Origin: Gemmatimonas sp.
GTDB taxonomy: Bacteria > Gemmatimonadota > Gemmatimonadetes > Gemmatimonadales > Gemmatimonadaceae
Direction of reading: 5' to 3'
NCBI GenBank assembly: GCA_031414535.1
Contig: JANNVQ010000038.1
Span: 32,001-96,000 of the forward strand
DNA: 64,000 nucleotides
Shown: positions 1-9,674 of the stretch, piece by piece
How positions within the stretch are numbered: position 1 is the first letter of the stretch
Layout of the letters: the number at the start of each line of letters is the position of its first letter
Translations under genes and position numbers: made by a program
The notes under the pieces: generated by a model
Databases searched by the model: none
Told to the model about the DNA's origin: nothing
What the model saw: only the letters and a program-made list of their open reading frames with translations

Positions 1-295
1 GGAGGCCGTGCGGCGTGTGGTCAGCGCCGTGGACTCAGCGAGCGTGGATAGCACGGTGAAGGCGCTGTCTGGCGCTGCTACGGCCATGGGAGCGTTAGCC
101 ACTGACCTGCGCGCCACCACCCTGCAGCTCAACGGCGTGCTGGCCAAGCTGGAGAGCGGCGAGGGCTCGGCTGGCCTGTTGCTGAATGACCCCGGGATGT
201 ATCGCGACACGCGGGCCCTGCTCGCGCGGCTCGACTCCCTGACGGCGGACTTCCAGCGGAACCCGCGGAAGTACATCAACCTGTCGATCTTCTGA
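1..295 (+). CDS. MlaD/MCE family protein, C-terminal fragment (5' truncated)
   Basis: Typical MlaD C-terminus: GEGSAGLLLNDPGMY...LTADFQRNPRKYINLSIF. Confidence 0.8.
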   Translation, partial: EAVRRVVSAVDSASVDSTVKALSGAATAMGALATDLRATTLQLNGVLAKLESGEGSAGLLLNDPGMYRDTRALLARLDSLTADFQRNPRKYINLSIF

Positions 296-298
296 AGT

Positions 299-447
299 GG
301 ACGGATGACGGATGACGGATGACGGATGACGGAGGGGGGCGTCGCGGTTGGTCAGCGGCGCCCCCTGATTCGTTTTACCGCGGCGCGTCTCGCACGTTCA
401 ACACGCCACGGCTCCGCAGTTCAGCTTTCGTCATCCGTCTTCCGTCC
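299..447. repeat. Heptamer (GACGGAT)n tandem repeat with inverted copy (family B, copy 1)
   Basis: GACGGAT x4 + GACGGAG at 300-334; inverted TCGTCATCCGTCTTCCGTCC at 428-447; encloses a GC hairpin followed by a T-rich tract. Confidence 0.85.
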
Positions 448-455
448 CAAAGCCA

Positions 456-489
456 ACCGCCCCGGCAGCGCGATGGCTGCCGGGGCGGT
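456..489 (-). terminator. Probable terminator of the TonB receptor gene
   Basis: Perfect 14-bp stem ACCGCCCCGGCAGC/GCTGCCGGGGCGGT about 25 nt after the stop. Confidence 0.7.
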
Positions 490-514
490 CTGTCCTTCTG
501 GATCTAGACTCGGC

Positions 515-3500
515 TCAGTTAAAGATGTAGCGGAGGCCGAGCTGCATACGCCAGACGTCGCTCGTATTCGCGTTCTTCTGGAACGTGCGGCTGAGGAGCT
601 GACCGTTCACAACGCGCATGCGGTACTGCGGCTGGCCGCCGCCCGTTGCACCGGCCGGGATGAGCGGTTGGTTGTTGATCACCTGCTGGGAAAGACCCCA
701 GTCGGCGTTGATCATGTTGGTGAAGTTCAGGATGTCGAGACGCACCTGCAGGGAGTTTTTCTTCCCGGCGAACAGCGCGCTCAAGTCCTGCGAGACGCTG
801 AGGTCCATACGCGTCACGTTCGGGAGTACCACTCCGCCGCGCAGCGCGTACTGGCCGCGACGGGTGCTGAGGTGCGGATCCTGATTGATGTAGGCATCCC
901 AAGCGGCCTGCTGCTGCGCGACCGTAAAGGGCGCGGCACCCGTGATCGGCAGGAAGTTCATCTGGGCCTGAGTCTGGGGGACCCAGATCAGGTCGTTGGA
1001 CGTGCCGCCGTCGCCGTTCAAGTCACCGCCGGTGGTGTAGCTCGTCTGACCCGTGGTGAAGTTCTCGAGGAAGGCTGCGATGGTGGTGTTGCCGAAGCCA
1101 AACCAGTCGCGCGAGTAGCTCGAGACGAGGAAGGAACGACGACCCTGGTAGCCAGCGGCGTTACCGATGGCTGGGTTGTTCGGGTCACCGGTGTGCTGGT
1201 TGCCGTTCCACGAGCCGAAGGCGATGGAGCCGGCATCAACCGTGTTGCTGGCGGTGCCGTAAGCCGTCGCCATCTTGGTGAAGAAGCCGTTGCGGAACGC
1301 GCGCTCAAGGGAGACGGAGGCGTTGTAGGTCTCGCCGACGTTCTGATTCTTGAGTACGATGGCGCTCGTGATGTTGCAATTCAGGCGGTTAGACTGCGTG
1401 CCGGTGACGGTCGGGCACTTGTCGGAGACCCAACGCGGGCGGGCATCGGGGCCGGTGAAGGCCGCGTCGGCTGCCGGCAGATTGGCGTTGATGTAGTACA
1501 CGCCGTTCACGTCGCGGCCCCACAGGAACTCGACCGTGGTGAGCCAGCCGTTAGAGAAGCGGTGGTCAAGGGCGAGGTTGGAGCGCCACACCTGCGGGAA
1601 CTTGAAGCCCTTATCCGTCAGGGCGAGCTCGTATGAAGCGGCCGGAGCCCCGGTCACCGTCGCCGGCTTGTAGAAATCGGTGTTCGGGTGGAACGGACGG
1701 TTCGTGAGTTCCGGACCGTTGTTGTTGTCGTCAATGAAGCCGGTCAGGATGCCGTTGTTGCCGATCTGGTTGGAAATCCAGACGTAGGCCGGACGGCCGG
1801 TGAAGATACCAGTACCGCCGCGAATGATGGTCTGGCCGTTGCCGCGGGCGTCGTAGTTGAAGCCGAGGCGGGGCGAGACGAGCGGTGTGGCATCCGGCAG
1901 CTGGGCAGTGTTGTACTGCACCTGCAGGCCGTCTTCGTCGCGGAAGGTGAGGCCGTTGACCTGCGTGTTCTCTTCAGCGGTGTTGCCGAAGGTGACGATG
2001 TCAACGCGAACGCCGCCGGTGATGGTGAGTCCGCGACCGGCGCGGAACTCGTCCTGCAAATAGGCGCCCATGAAGTTCACTTCGAGCGGCTGCACCGGCT
2101 TGATCTGGCCAGGCACGTTGGCGTAGCGAACCTGGAAGCGACGCGGACCGACGCCGGCCGGCGAAGCGGTGTATGCCGAGCACCCGAGTTGCGTGGCCGT
2201 CGTTCCGCAGGCGTTCGCGAAGCCGCGAGCGTCAGCATAGAAGTCCGAGAGCGTGTTGTAGACGTACGCGCTCTGCTTGCCGGGGAAGAACACGTTCTCT
2301 GACTCGTAGCCCTCGATGTTGAAGCCGAGGGTCAGGTCGTTGCGGTTGCCGTAGATCGTGAAGTTGTTCTGCAGCTGCCAGTTGCTGTAGCGCAGTTCGT
2401 TGTTCGGCGTGAACGGCTCCGAGCCGAACGAGATGTAGGTCTGGCCGGCGCCGTCGAGGATGTCCACGAAGGGGAACAGGTTGCTGATCTGGCCGCGGGA
2501 CTCGTCCTGCGCGGTGTAGGTGAACAGCAGCTGGTTGGACATACGATCGGTGAGGAGCGAGTTCCACTCCGCGGCGTACGAATCGATGTTCTCTGTAATG
2601 GTATAGTTCGAGCCGTCGTAGCCCATCGAGTTGTTCCGCACGCGACCGTTGCCCAGCGAGGCCGACGTGGACATCAACACGTCCGTCTCGGACTCGAGGT
2701 TGGTGTAGCGGAACGAGAACTTGTTGCGGTCGCTGAGGGCGAAGTCCACGCGCGCGGTGAGGCGCTGTGAAGGCGTGAGGCCAGGATAGCCCTCGTACTC
2801 GCCGGGATTGAAGTTGAACAGCGTCCGCAGCGTGTCGCGCACGCTATTCAAGTCAGAGCGCAGAACGCGGGTGATGTTGCCACCCGCGGTCTGGGTCGCC
2901 TCGCGCGGAAGGAAGGTGTTGCCGGGGCCTTCATTCTCGTCGGTCTCATACGAGACGAAGAAGAAGAGCTTGTCCTTGAGGATCGGGCCGCCGAGGCGGA
3001 AGCCGATCTGGTCGAAGGAGAAGGTGCCGGGGTTGAAGGTACGGGTACCGGCCTGGCGCCCGACGTACTCCTGGTCGCGGACGTTGTAGTAGACGGAGCC
3101 GGAGAACTCGTTGGTGCCTGAGCGCGTCACCGTGTTGATCGCGGCGCCGACGAAGCCACCCTGGCGCACGTCAAACGGCGCGATGTTCACCTGCACCGCT
3201 TCGACGGCATCGAGCGAAATCGGGGCGACACCGGTACGGTCACCGGGCTGGCCACCGAGGCCGAAGGAGTTGTTGAAGGCCGCACCGTCAATCGTGATGT
3301 TGTTGAGACGATTGTCTTGGCCGGCGAAGTTGTTGCCGCTCGCCTGCGGGGTGAGGCGAGTGAAGTCGGAGAGACGACGCGAAATCGTCGGGAGCTGCTC
3401 AAGCGCCTCGCGGCGCACGCTGGTGGCGGCACCGGTGCGCGTGGTGCTCAGTTCACCGCCTTCAGAGGTCACGGTCACCGCATTCAGCTGCGTGGCGACG

Positions 3501-3844
3501 GCATCCATCTTGAAGATCAGGTCGGCAGCCGCACCGAGTGAGACGTTGATGTCGTCACGGTTCTGGCGGGCGAAGCCGATGGACGTAGCAGCGACGCTGT
3601 ACGGGCCACCGACGCGCATACCGGGGATGTTGAATCGACCGTCAGCGCGCGAGGCGCCGACATACTGGGTGCCAGAAGGCAAGTGCACCGCGATAATGCG
3701 GGCGCCTTCGAGCGGCCTGTTCTCGCCGTCCGTCACGAGACCACGAATCGAACCCGTGGTCACCTGTGCGGAGGCGATGGTGGTAGACGCAGCGACGGCC
3801 ATGGCGGCCAAGGCAAACGTCAACCGAAGGATCCAACGCTTCAT
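515..3844 (-). CDS. TonB-dependent receptor, Oar-type, with N-terminal carboxypeptidase-regulatory-like domain
   Basis: Signal peptide MKRWILRL...ASAQ, LPTISRR plug region, INTVTRSGTNEFSGS motif, C-terminal MQLGLRYIFN; start moved to ATG 3844. Confidence 0.92.
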   Translation of the reverse strand: MKRWILRLTFALAAMAVAASTTIASAQVTTGSIRGLVTDGENRPLEGARIIAVHLPSGTQYVGASRADGRFNIPGMRVGGPYSVAATSIGFARQNRDDINVSLGAAADLIFKMDAVATQLNAVTVTSEGGELSTTRTGAATSVRREALEQLPTISRRLSDFTRLTPQASGNNFAGQDNRLNNITIDGAAFNNSFGLGGQPGDRTGVAPISLDAVEAVQVNIAPFDVRQGGFVGAAINTVTRSGTNEFSGSVYYNVRDQEYVGRQAGTRTFNPGTFSFDQIGFRLGGPILKDKLFFFVSYETDENEGPGNTFLPREATQTAGGNITRVLRSDLNSVRDTLRTLFNFNPGEYEGYPGLTPSQRLTARVDFALSDRNKFSFRYTNLESETDVLMSTSASLGNGRVRNNSMGYDGSNYTITENIDSYAAEWNSLLTDRMSNQLLFTYTAQDESRGQISNLFPFVDILDGAGQTYISFGSEPFTPNNELRYSNWQLQNNFTIYGNRNDLTLGFNIEGYESENVFFPGKQSAYVYNTLSDFYADARGFANACGTTATQLGCSAYTASPAGVGPRRFQVRYANVPGQIKPVQPLEVNFMGAYLQDEFRAGRGLTITGGVRVDIVTFGNTAEENTQVNGLTFRDEDGLQVQYNTAQLPDATPLVSPRLGFNYDARGNGQTIIRGGTGIFTGRPAYVWISNQIGNNGILTGFIDDNNNGPELTNRPFHPNTDFYKPATVTGAPAASYELALTDKGFKFPQVWRSNLALDHRFSNGWLTTVEFLWGRDVNGVYYINANLPAADAAFTGPDARPRWVSDKCPTVTGTQSNRLNCNITSAIVLKNQNVGETYNASVSLERAFRNGFFTKMATAYGTASNTVDAGSIAFGSWNGNQHTGDPNNPAIGNAAGYQGRRSFLVSSYSRDWFGFGNTTIAAFLENFTTGQTSYTTGGDLNGDGGTSNDLIWVPQTQAQMNFLPITGAAPFTVAQQQAAWDAYINQDPHLSTRRGQYALRGGVVLPNVTRMDLSVSQDLSALFAGKKNSLQVRLDILNFTNMINADWGLSQQVINNQPLIPAGATGGGQPQYRMRVVNGQLLSRTFQKNANTSDVWRMQLGLRYIFN

Positions 3845-3995
3845 TGGGCTTTCCTCTATCGGGGTGGGAACCAACAACGCGCTCCACGGGGCCGTTACAA
3901 ACCCAAGAGCGGCGGCGTAGCCAAGCAGAATGTAACGAAAAATCGCCCTCGTGGCGTCCCTACGTCAACCGAGACCACCGGAGGTTACCGAACCG

Positions 3996-5366
3996 TTATT
4001 TCCGGCGCCCCACGGTCATGGAAAATACGGGCACCCCCACGAGGCAGACGCCCAGCACGGCCGCGGTCTGCCAGCGGCTCGATTCATTGACCAGCGCGTT
4101 CCCAAGCAGGTACAGGACCGCCACCATGAACAGGCCTGGCACGATGGGGTAACCGGGGACGCGGAACGCCGGTTTGTAGTCGGGCCGCTTGCGGAGGCGG
4201 AAAATCGAGGCCACCGCCAGAAAATAGAAGGGCAGAAAGGCCGTCACGAAGGAGTCGGCCAGCTGCTCAAAGGTCCGCATCAGGACGAACAGGGCCCCGA
4301 GCGTGGCAGTCATGAGAATGGAGACCCAAGGGGTGCCCCAGGTGGGGTGCACCGCGGCCACTTGCTTGAAGAACAGCCCGTCCGCCGCCATGGCGAAGAA
4401 GATGCGGGGGCTCGTGAAAAGCACCGCATTCAGGGTCCCGAAGGTCGAGATCATCACCGTGACAGATACGAACACCACGCCGGCAGGACCAATGACCCGC
4501 TCCGCCACATCGGCCGCCACGAGGCGGGACACGCGCATCTCTTCAATGGAGAGCACCGAGAGGTAGGCCAGATTCGCCGCCAAATAGATGGCGAGTACCA
4601 AGATGGTGCCGCCGATGAGTGCCCTGGGCAGATTCTTCTGGGGATCTTTGACCTCACCACCATTGTACGAGATGTCCGCCCAGCCGTCGAACGCCCACAG
4701 CGTGCTCACCAGCGCGAGGCCAAACGCGGACACGCTGAGACTGCCCGGCGGCATGGCTGGTGTGAAGTTCGAGAGCCCGTTGGCGGGTAATCCCACCGCA
4801 AAGGCCACGACGACGATGAACATCAACCCGCCGTACTTGGCCAGCACCGTGAAGTTGGTGAAGGCCGCGCCAACCTTGGCCCCACGCACATTGAAGCTGG
4901 CCGTGAGCAGGATGGCGGTGGCCGCCGCATAGCGCACCGGCATCGCCTCCTCGAGGCTCCAACCCATCACTCGGAAGAAATACTCGGCGCAGGTGATGGC
5001 GATGGCGCCCAGCGACGCGGCGCGGATCATGACCAGCTGGGCCCAGCCGAAGGTGAAGGCCGTACGATCACCCCAGCCCTCCTTCAAAAAGACGTAAATG
5101 CCGCCCGTCTTTGGGTAGGCGCTCGCGAGCTCAGCGATGGTCAGGGCACCGCACATCGCGAAAATGCCACCGGCCGCCCACGCGAGCAGCATGGGGAAGG
5201 GACCCGGGAGCTTGTCGGCGATGCCCGCGGGGGAGCGAAAGATGCCAGAGCCGATGGTGGAGCCGATGACTACAGCCATGGCGCTCCACAGGCCAATGCT
5301 GCGGGCCAAGGTGGGCTGCTGCGCAGGTTGAGCTGTGGACGGAGTCTGATCTGTTGTGGAAGCCAT
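3996..5366 (-). CDS. APC-family amino acid permease
   Basis: IGSGIF, GGIYVFL and WAFDGW motifs; about 12 TM segments. Confidence 0.92.
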   Translation of the reverse strand: MASTTDQTPSTAQPAQQPTLARSIGLWSAMAVVIGSTIGSGIFRSPAGIADKLPGPFPMLLAWAAGGIFAMCGALTIAELASAYPKTGGIYVFLKEGWGDRTAFTFGWAQLVMIRAASLGAIAITCAEYFFRVMGWSLEEAMPVRYAAATAILLTASFNVRGAKVGAAFTNFTVLAKYGGLMFIVVVAFAVGLPANGLSNFTPAMPPGSLSVSAFGLALVSTLWAFDGWADISYNGGEVKDPQKNLPRALIGGTILVLAIYLAANLAYLSVLSIEEMRVSRLVAADVAERVIGPAGVVFVSVTVMISTFGTLNAVLFTSPRIFFAMAADGLFFKQVAAVHPTWGTPWVSILMTATLGALFVLMRTFEQLADSFVTAFLPFYFLAVASIFRLRKRPDYKPAFRVPGYPIVPGLFMVAVLYLLGNALVNESSRWQTAAVLGVCLVGVPVFSMTVGRRK

Positions 5367-5426
5367 AGGGCGAAGCTACGCGTTGCCACTCCCTGCGGGG
5401 AGTGTCTCCAGCGATAATTCCTTCAG

Positions 5427-5684
5427 ATGATTCCGAACGTTTTTCTGACCGTGCTCTTCTGGTCCGCCGCGCTCGCCGTGGTGCTGGGCCAAGTGGCAAT
5501 CCTGCGCTCCACTTCGCGCGCTTGGCGGTACACGGGCGCGGGCGTGCCCCTCACCGAGCGCCTATTCGCTTGGGGACCGGCCTTGGCCCTAATCGTGGTG
5601 CTGTTCTTTGCATGGAAAGCGGCCACGAGGCCCCCGGTGGTGGAGGTCCAGTTCGACCCGGCCACGCAGAGCATCACACTATGA
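5427..5684 (+). CDS. Small 2-TM membrane protein resembling the cytochrome c oxidase subunit II TM hairpin
   Basis: 85 aa, two hydrophobic helices, ATGA overlap with heme o synthase start. Confidence 0.7.
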   Translation: MIPNVFLTVLFWSAALAVVLGQVAILRSTSRAWRYTGAGVPLTERLFAWGPALALIVVLFFAWKAATRPPVVEVQFDPATQSITL

Positions 5685-6571
5685 GCGCGGAGTCCCTAGC
5701 CGCGACTCCGCTCGCGAAGGATTTCATCGCGCTCACCAAGCCACGAATCATCTCGTTGCTGTTGGTGACCACGCTCGCGCCCATGTACGTGGCGGGGGTG
5801 CCGACGCTGGCCACGGTGGCCATCGTGATGCTGGGCGGGTACCTGATGGCGGGTGGTGCCAACGCCGTGAACATGTACTTGGACCGCGACATTGACGACG
5901 TGATGGCGCGGACCAAGCTGCGGCCGATTCCGAGCGGGCGCATGCACGCCACCGCGGTGCTGGCCTTCGGAGTCGGCATTGCCACGGCCGCGACCTGGAT
6001 GCTGGCGAGCTTCGTGAACGTGCTGACGGCCGCGCTGGCTCTCGCGGGCTTCTACTTCTATGTCTTCATCTACACGCGCTGGCTCAAGCGCACGTCCCCT
6101 CAGAACATCGTGATTGGCGGGGCGGCCGGTGCGTTTCCCCCACTGGTGGGCTGGGCGGCGGTCACGGGCTCGCTGGACCTCACCGCGTGGTTTCTGTTCT
6201 TGATCGTGTTCTACTGGACCCCGCCCCACTTCTGGGCGCTCGCGCTCAATAAACAGAAGGACTACGGCAACGCCGGTGTGCCGATGGCGCCGCTGGTCTG
6301 GGGCGAGGACGAGACCATCGCGCAGATGTGGTGGTACACGGTGCTACTCGTGGGACTCACGGTGTTACCGGCAACCTTCGGCGCGTTTGGATTGATCTAT
6401 TTGATCTCCGCGCTCGTGCTCGGCGGGCTTCTTCTCTGGGGCGTGTGGCGCGTTCGCGTAGCGCCACCTGATCAGCGTGCGAAGCCGTCTTGGTGGGTGT
6501 ATGGGTACTCGCTGCTGTACTTGGCTTTGCTGTTCGTAGCGATGGCGGCGGATCGGCGGTTGGTCTTTTAA
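5681..6571 (+). CDS. ctaB: Protoheme IX farnesyltransferase (heme o synthase)
   Basis: LTKPRII, NMYLDRDIDDVMARTKLRPIPSG and FYWTPPHFWALA motifs; start at ATG 5681. Confidence 0.95.
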   Translation: MSAESLAATPLAKDFIALTKPRIISLLLVTTLAPMYVAGVPTLATVAIVMLGGYLMAGGANAVNMYLDRDIDDVMARTKLRPIPSGRMHATAVLAFGVGIATAATWMLASFVNVLTAALALAGFYFYVFIYTRWLKRTSPQNIVIGGAAGAFPPLVGWAAVTGSLDLTAWFLFLIVFYWTPPHFWALALNKQKDYGNAGVPMAPLVWGEDETIAQMWWYTVLLVGLTVLPATFGAFGLIYLISALVLGGLLLWGVWRVRVAPPDQRAKPSWWVYGYSLLYLALLFVAMAADRRLVF

Positions 6572-6576
6572 CTGCT

Positions 6577-6703
6577 ATTCACCACAGAGGCACGGAGTCA
6601 CGGAGACTGCTGGAGATTCTTTGGGGGGCCGCGCCGATGCTTCGGTGCGAGCCCCCCAATTTTCCTTTGCCGTTCTCCGAGCCTCTGTGCCTCCGTGGTC
6701 AAC
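6577..6703. repeat. REP/MITE-like palindromic element (family A, copy 1)
   Basis: Arms TTCACCACAGAGGCACGGAG / CTCTGTGCCTCCGTGGTCAA with inner TTGGGGGG...CCCCCCAA hairpin, between convergent genes. Confidence 0.8.
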
Positions 6704-6707
6704 GCCG

Positions 6708-7892
6708 TTAGATGATCACAAGCTCGCGCTGATACTCGGCAGGCGTCACGACCAACCCGGCTGAGGTCACGTACGCATTGACCTCGGTGCGCATGCCGAA
6801 TTCGCCGGCGATGTAAATCCCCGGCTCAATCGAGAACCCCACGCCCGTGATCAACTCTCGCTCGTCGCGCGATTCGAGGTCATCGAGGTTCGGGCCCATG
6901 CCGTGCAATCCACGCGCGTCAATGGAATGGCCCGTACGATGCGTGAAGTACTTGCCGTAGCCGCGCTGCTCAATCACGGCGCGTGAGGCAGCGTCGGCCT
7001 CACGGCCTTGGACGGTCTCCCCTGCACCGAGCTTCTTCGCGAGGAGGGCGATGGCCGCATCACGCGCATCGCGAAGGGCGGCCCAAACGTCCTGCTGCTT
7101 GGCCGCGGGGGTGCCGACGACCGCCATGTAGGTCTGGTCGGCCCACATCGCGCCGGGCAGCTGCTTGGTCGCCCAGAGATCAATGAGCACGACGTCCCCA
7201 GTCACGATGCGCCGAGGATGCTTGGCTGAGGGCTCATAGTGGGGGTTCGCGGCATTCTCGCTCGCCGACACGTTGGGACCGTGGTCGGTGAACAGGCCAT
7301 GCGCCGCGAACTGGCCCTGAATCCACTCCATCACCTCATGCTCGTGGATGGGCGTGCCCGCCTTGATGTGCGCACCGATCCGCGCAAAGGCGGCGTGCGC
7401 GAACCCACGCAGCAACTCCGCGTGATGACGATGCGACGCGATTTCCGCCTCGCTCCACACGGCGAAGAACTTGGTCACCAAGGCCCCGCTGGTCAGCACC
7501 TCGGCGCCGGCGCCGCGCACCATCTCGATGACCCCCGCGGGCACACGATCCACCACCGGCACCGCGTCGTCAGGGGAATACTCCATGGCGATGCGCTTGC
7601 CCTTCACCATGGTTGGCAACAAGGCTTCGAGTTCGCGCCACGCCGAGTAGACGTGCTTGGGCCACGCGGCTGGCCACGCAGCCCAAGGACCCGGCTCAAT
7701 GGCGTGCGTAATTGCCTGCGGGATGCCCTCGGTGGGGATCCAAGCGAAGATACGCCGCGTGACCATCCCCTTGATGCCAAGCACACCGGCGGCCACCGGA
7801 TTGAGGCCACGGAAGTCGTAGACGAGCCAGCCGTCGAGACCGGCCTCTTTCAGGGCCGTCTGTACTTGAGCGAGCGTGTGCGTGTTGAGCAT
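6708..7892 (-). CDS. Xaa-Pro aminopeptidase family (M24) metallopeptidase
   Basis: NAANPHY, LIDLWA, WADQT, HRTGHSI, FSIEPGIY and GMRTE metal-ligand motifs. Confidence 0.92.
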   Translation of the reverse strand: MLNTHTLAQVQTALKEAGLDGWLVYDFRGLNPVAAGVLGIKGMVTRRIFAWIPTEGIPQAITHAIEPGPWAAWPAAWPKHVYSAWRELEALLPTMVKGKRIAMEYSPDDAVPVVDRVPAGVIEMVRGAGAEVLTSGALVTKFFAVWSEAEIASHRHHAELLRGFAHAAFARIGAHIKAGTPIHEHEVMEWIQGQFAAHGLFTDHGPNVSASENAANPHYEPSAKHPRRIVTGDVVLIDLWATKQLPGAMWADQTYMAVVGTPAAKQQDVWAALRDARDAAIALLAKKLGAGETVQGREADAASRAVIEQRGYGKYFTHRTGHSIDARGLHGMGPNLDDLESRDERELITGVGFSIEPGIYIAGEFGMRTEVNAYVTSAGLVVTPAEYQRELVII

Positions 7893-7894
7893 GG

Positions 7895-8515
7895 TCAGCG
7901 CACCGCTCGCCACTGAGCGCGCCATTCACAGGTTCCCTCGCCGCGCGACGCGCAGCGCACGTGTTCCACTGCTCCCACACCATCGACCAACTGCTGCATG
8001 AGTTCGCGCAGGGCGGCTTCGTAAAATGTGCAGCCGGCGAGCTTTGGCGCGGCATCGAGTGTGACGGAGTTTTGGATGTCTAAATGAATACTCGCGCCAA
8101 CGCGCCGCACGTCGCCACCGAGGTAGCGCTCGCCGATGCGGCGGATTTGCCGCAGGGCCAAGGGACGGGCCACGAGCGCGGGCAAGACGTGCGTGAGTTT
8201 CCGTACCGGCCCCGAGACGCGGTCGTAGGTCCGCCGCGCGATGTTGCGGCCGGCTTCGCGGAACACGGCCTCGGCGTCCGGGCGGCGTCCGATGAGCCGC
8301 GCGATGCCAGCGGCCTCCTCCAGGCTCGGCCGCTGCCCGCGCTTCACCGCCTCATGGTAGCGGCGGATCTGGGCGTGGACGGTGTCGCTCAGGCCGAAGC
8401 GCTTGGTGCGCAGCTCCTCGACGAACTCCGTCTCCAATTCCTCGTCTGGCAGGTCTACCATACGCACGGCTTCGAGGAGGGCGAGCGGGACCAACGGGTC
8501 GACGGTGGCAGACAC
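7895..8515 (-). CDS. Hypothetical protein with V4R-like Cys-containing C-terminus
   Basis: Likely GTG start at 8515; C-terminal GCTFYEAAL...VEHVRCASRGEGTCEWRAQW resembles V4R; stop lies 2 nt before the M24 start. Confidence 0.65.
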   Translation of the reverse strand: MSATVDPLVPLALLEAVRMVDLPDEELETEFVEELRTKRFGLSDTVHAQIRRYHEAVKRGQRPSLEEAAGIARLIGRRPDAEAVFREAGRNIARRTYDRVSGPVRKLTHVLPALVARPLALRQIRRIGERYLGGDVRRVGASIHLDIQNSVTLDAAPKLAGCTFYEAALRELMQQLVDGVGAVEHVRCASRGEGTCEWRAQWRAVR

Positions 8516-8596
8516 GAGACGGGGGTGGGAGACTGGCTTGGAACTGTGGAAGAAGTTAATGGTTGAGTCAGTGTTGGTGGCACCTCTTGTCTGCGA

Positions 8597-8872
8597 ATGG
8601 CCATAGAAACTCCCCTCTCGTTGGACCACACGCAGCCCTGCGCTGAGTATCGCCGCGTCCTCGACGACTTCGCGGCGGACGAGGTTGACGCCGTGGTGAT
8701 GGTTCGCGCCGAGGCGCACATGGCCCGATGCCAAGATTGCCGCTTTGCACTAGCGCAGGCCCGTTCGTACCGGCGGATGATGCGGCGCGTGGGTCAGGGG
8801 GTGCGCGCGCCGAGTGTGATGCGCGATCGAGCAGTGGCGCTTCTTCGCGGACCGCGCCCACCGCAATCGTGA
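8597..8872 (+). CDS. Zinc-finger (zf-HC2/ZAS) anti-sigma-factor-like protein
   Basis: C-x25-HMARCQDC (HxxxCxxC) motif. Confidence 0.8.
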   Translation: MAIETPLSLDHTQPCAEYRRVLDDFAADEVDAVVMVRAEAHMARCQDCRFALAQARSYRRMMRRVGQGVRAPSVMRDRAVALLRGPRPPQS

Positions 8873-8879
8873 CCGACCG

Positions 8880-9662
8880 GTGATCCTGCGTCTCGTCATC
8901 GGACTCGCTGTTGCGGGACTCGTGGCCTGGGCGGGTAAACGAGCGGGTTCGCTGAACGCATCCGGTGCTCGCGCCGCGACCATCGTGGGCGGCATGGCAG
9001 TAGGCGCCGGCTGGGGCTGGGGAGTCCTGCTGATTGGGTGGTTTGTAGCCTCGAGCGGGCTCACGCGGCTGGGTAGCATCAAGAAGTCTGCCCGCACGCG
9101 GGCCACGCTCACGCCGGCTTCGGCGCGAAACGCGACGCAGGTGTGGGCAAACGGCGGCGTGTTTGCAGGCGCCGCGCTTCTCGGTACCGCGACGGGTGCG
9201 TCGGGTTGGACACTCGTCGCCGTCGGCGCGCTTGCCGCGGCCGCCGCGGATACTTGGAGTTCGGAGATTGGACTTTTGCTGGGCGGGGCGCCTCGCTCGA
9301 TTGTGACGTGGCGGCGCGTCGAGCCAGGGCTCTCCGGTGGCATCACATTGGCTGGCTCGCTGGGCGGCGCGCTGGGGTCCACGTTTGTAGCGCTCGCCGT
9401 AGGACTGATCGTGCCAGGCGCCTCTATTTTGCGCATTGCGCTCGCCGGCATGATTGGCGGTGTGGGCGATTCGTTACTGGGTGCCACGGTTCAGGTGGTG
9501 CGTCGCTGCGCGCGCTGCGGGGCGTTCACGGAACGGGCCATCCACGACTGCGGCACGGCCACCGATCACGCTCGCGGATGGCGCTGGATGACCAATGACA
9601 CTGTTAACCTTGCTGCGACGTTGATTGGGGCGGGGGCGGCGTTGCTGCTCCCCATTCCTTAA
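8880..9662 (+). CDS. DUF92/TMEM19 family membrane protein
   Basis: RNATQVWANGG, ADTWSSEIG, SGGITLAG, DSLLGATVQ and NDTVN motifs; CxxC..H.C insert. Confidence 0.9.
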   Translation: MILRLVIGLAVAGLVAWAGKRAGSLNASGARAATIVGGMAVGAGWGWGVLLIGWFVASSGLTRLGSIKKSARTRATLTPASARNATQVWANGGVFAGAALLGTATGASGWTLVAVGALAAAAADTWSSEIGLLLGGAPRSIVTWRRVEPGLSGGITLAGSLGGALGSTFVALAVGLIVPGASILRIALAGMIGGVGDSLLGATVQVVRRCARCGAFTERAIHDCGTATDHARGWRWMTNDTVNLAATLIGAGAALLLPIP

Positions 9663-9674
9663 GCTCATGAAGCA

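Noticed and set aside
299..447. Repeats here and at 41898-41946 as possible CRISPR arrays
   Set aside because: Units are 7-16 bp with no unique spacers, and there are no cas genes
326..1636. 436-aa plus-strand ORF, and similar long antisense ORFs (45918-47081, 54543-56060, 56382-57872, 26549-27838)
   Set aside because: Shadow frames opposite well-supported genes; expected from high-GC codon bias; no recognisable motifs
5402..5680. N-terminal extensions in the ORF track (ctaB from 5402, aguA from 45639, M28 from 18969, BTAD from 40134, STAS from 14284)
   Set aside because: They run through other genes, repeats or the riboswitch; family similarity begins at the downstream starts used
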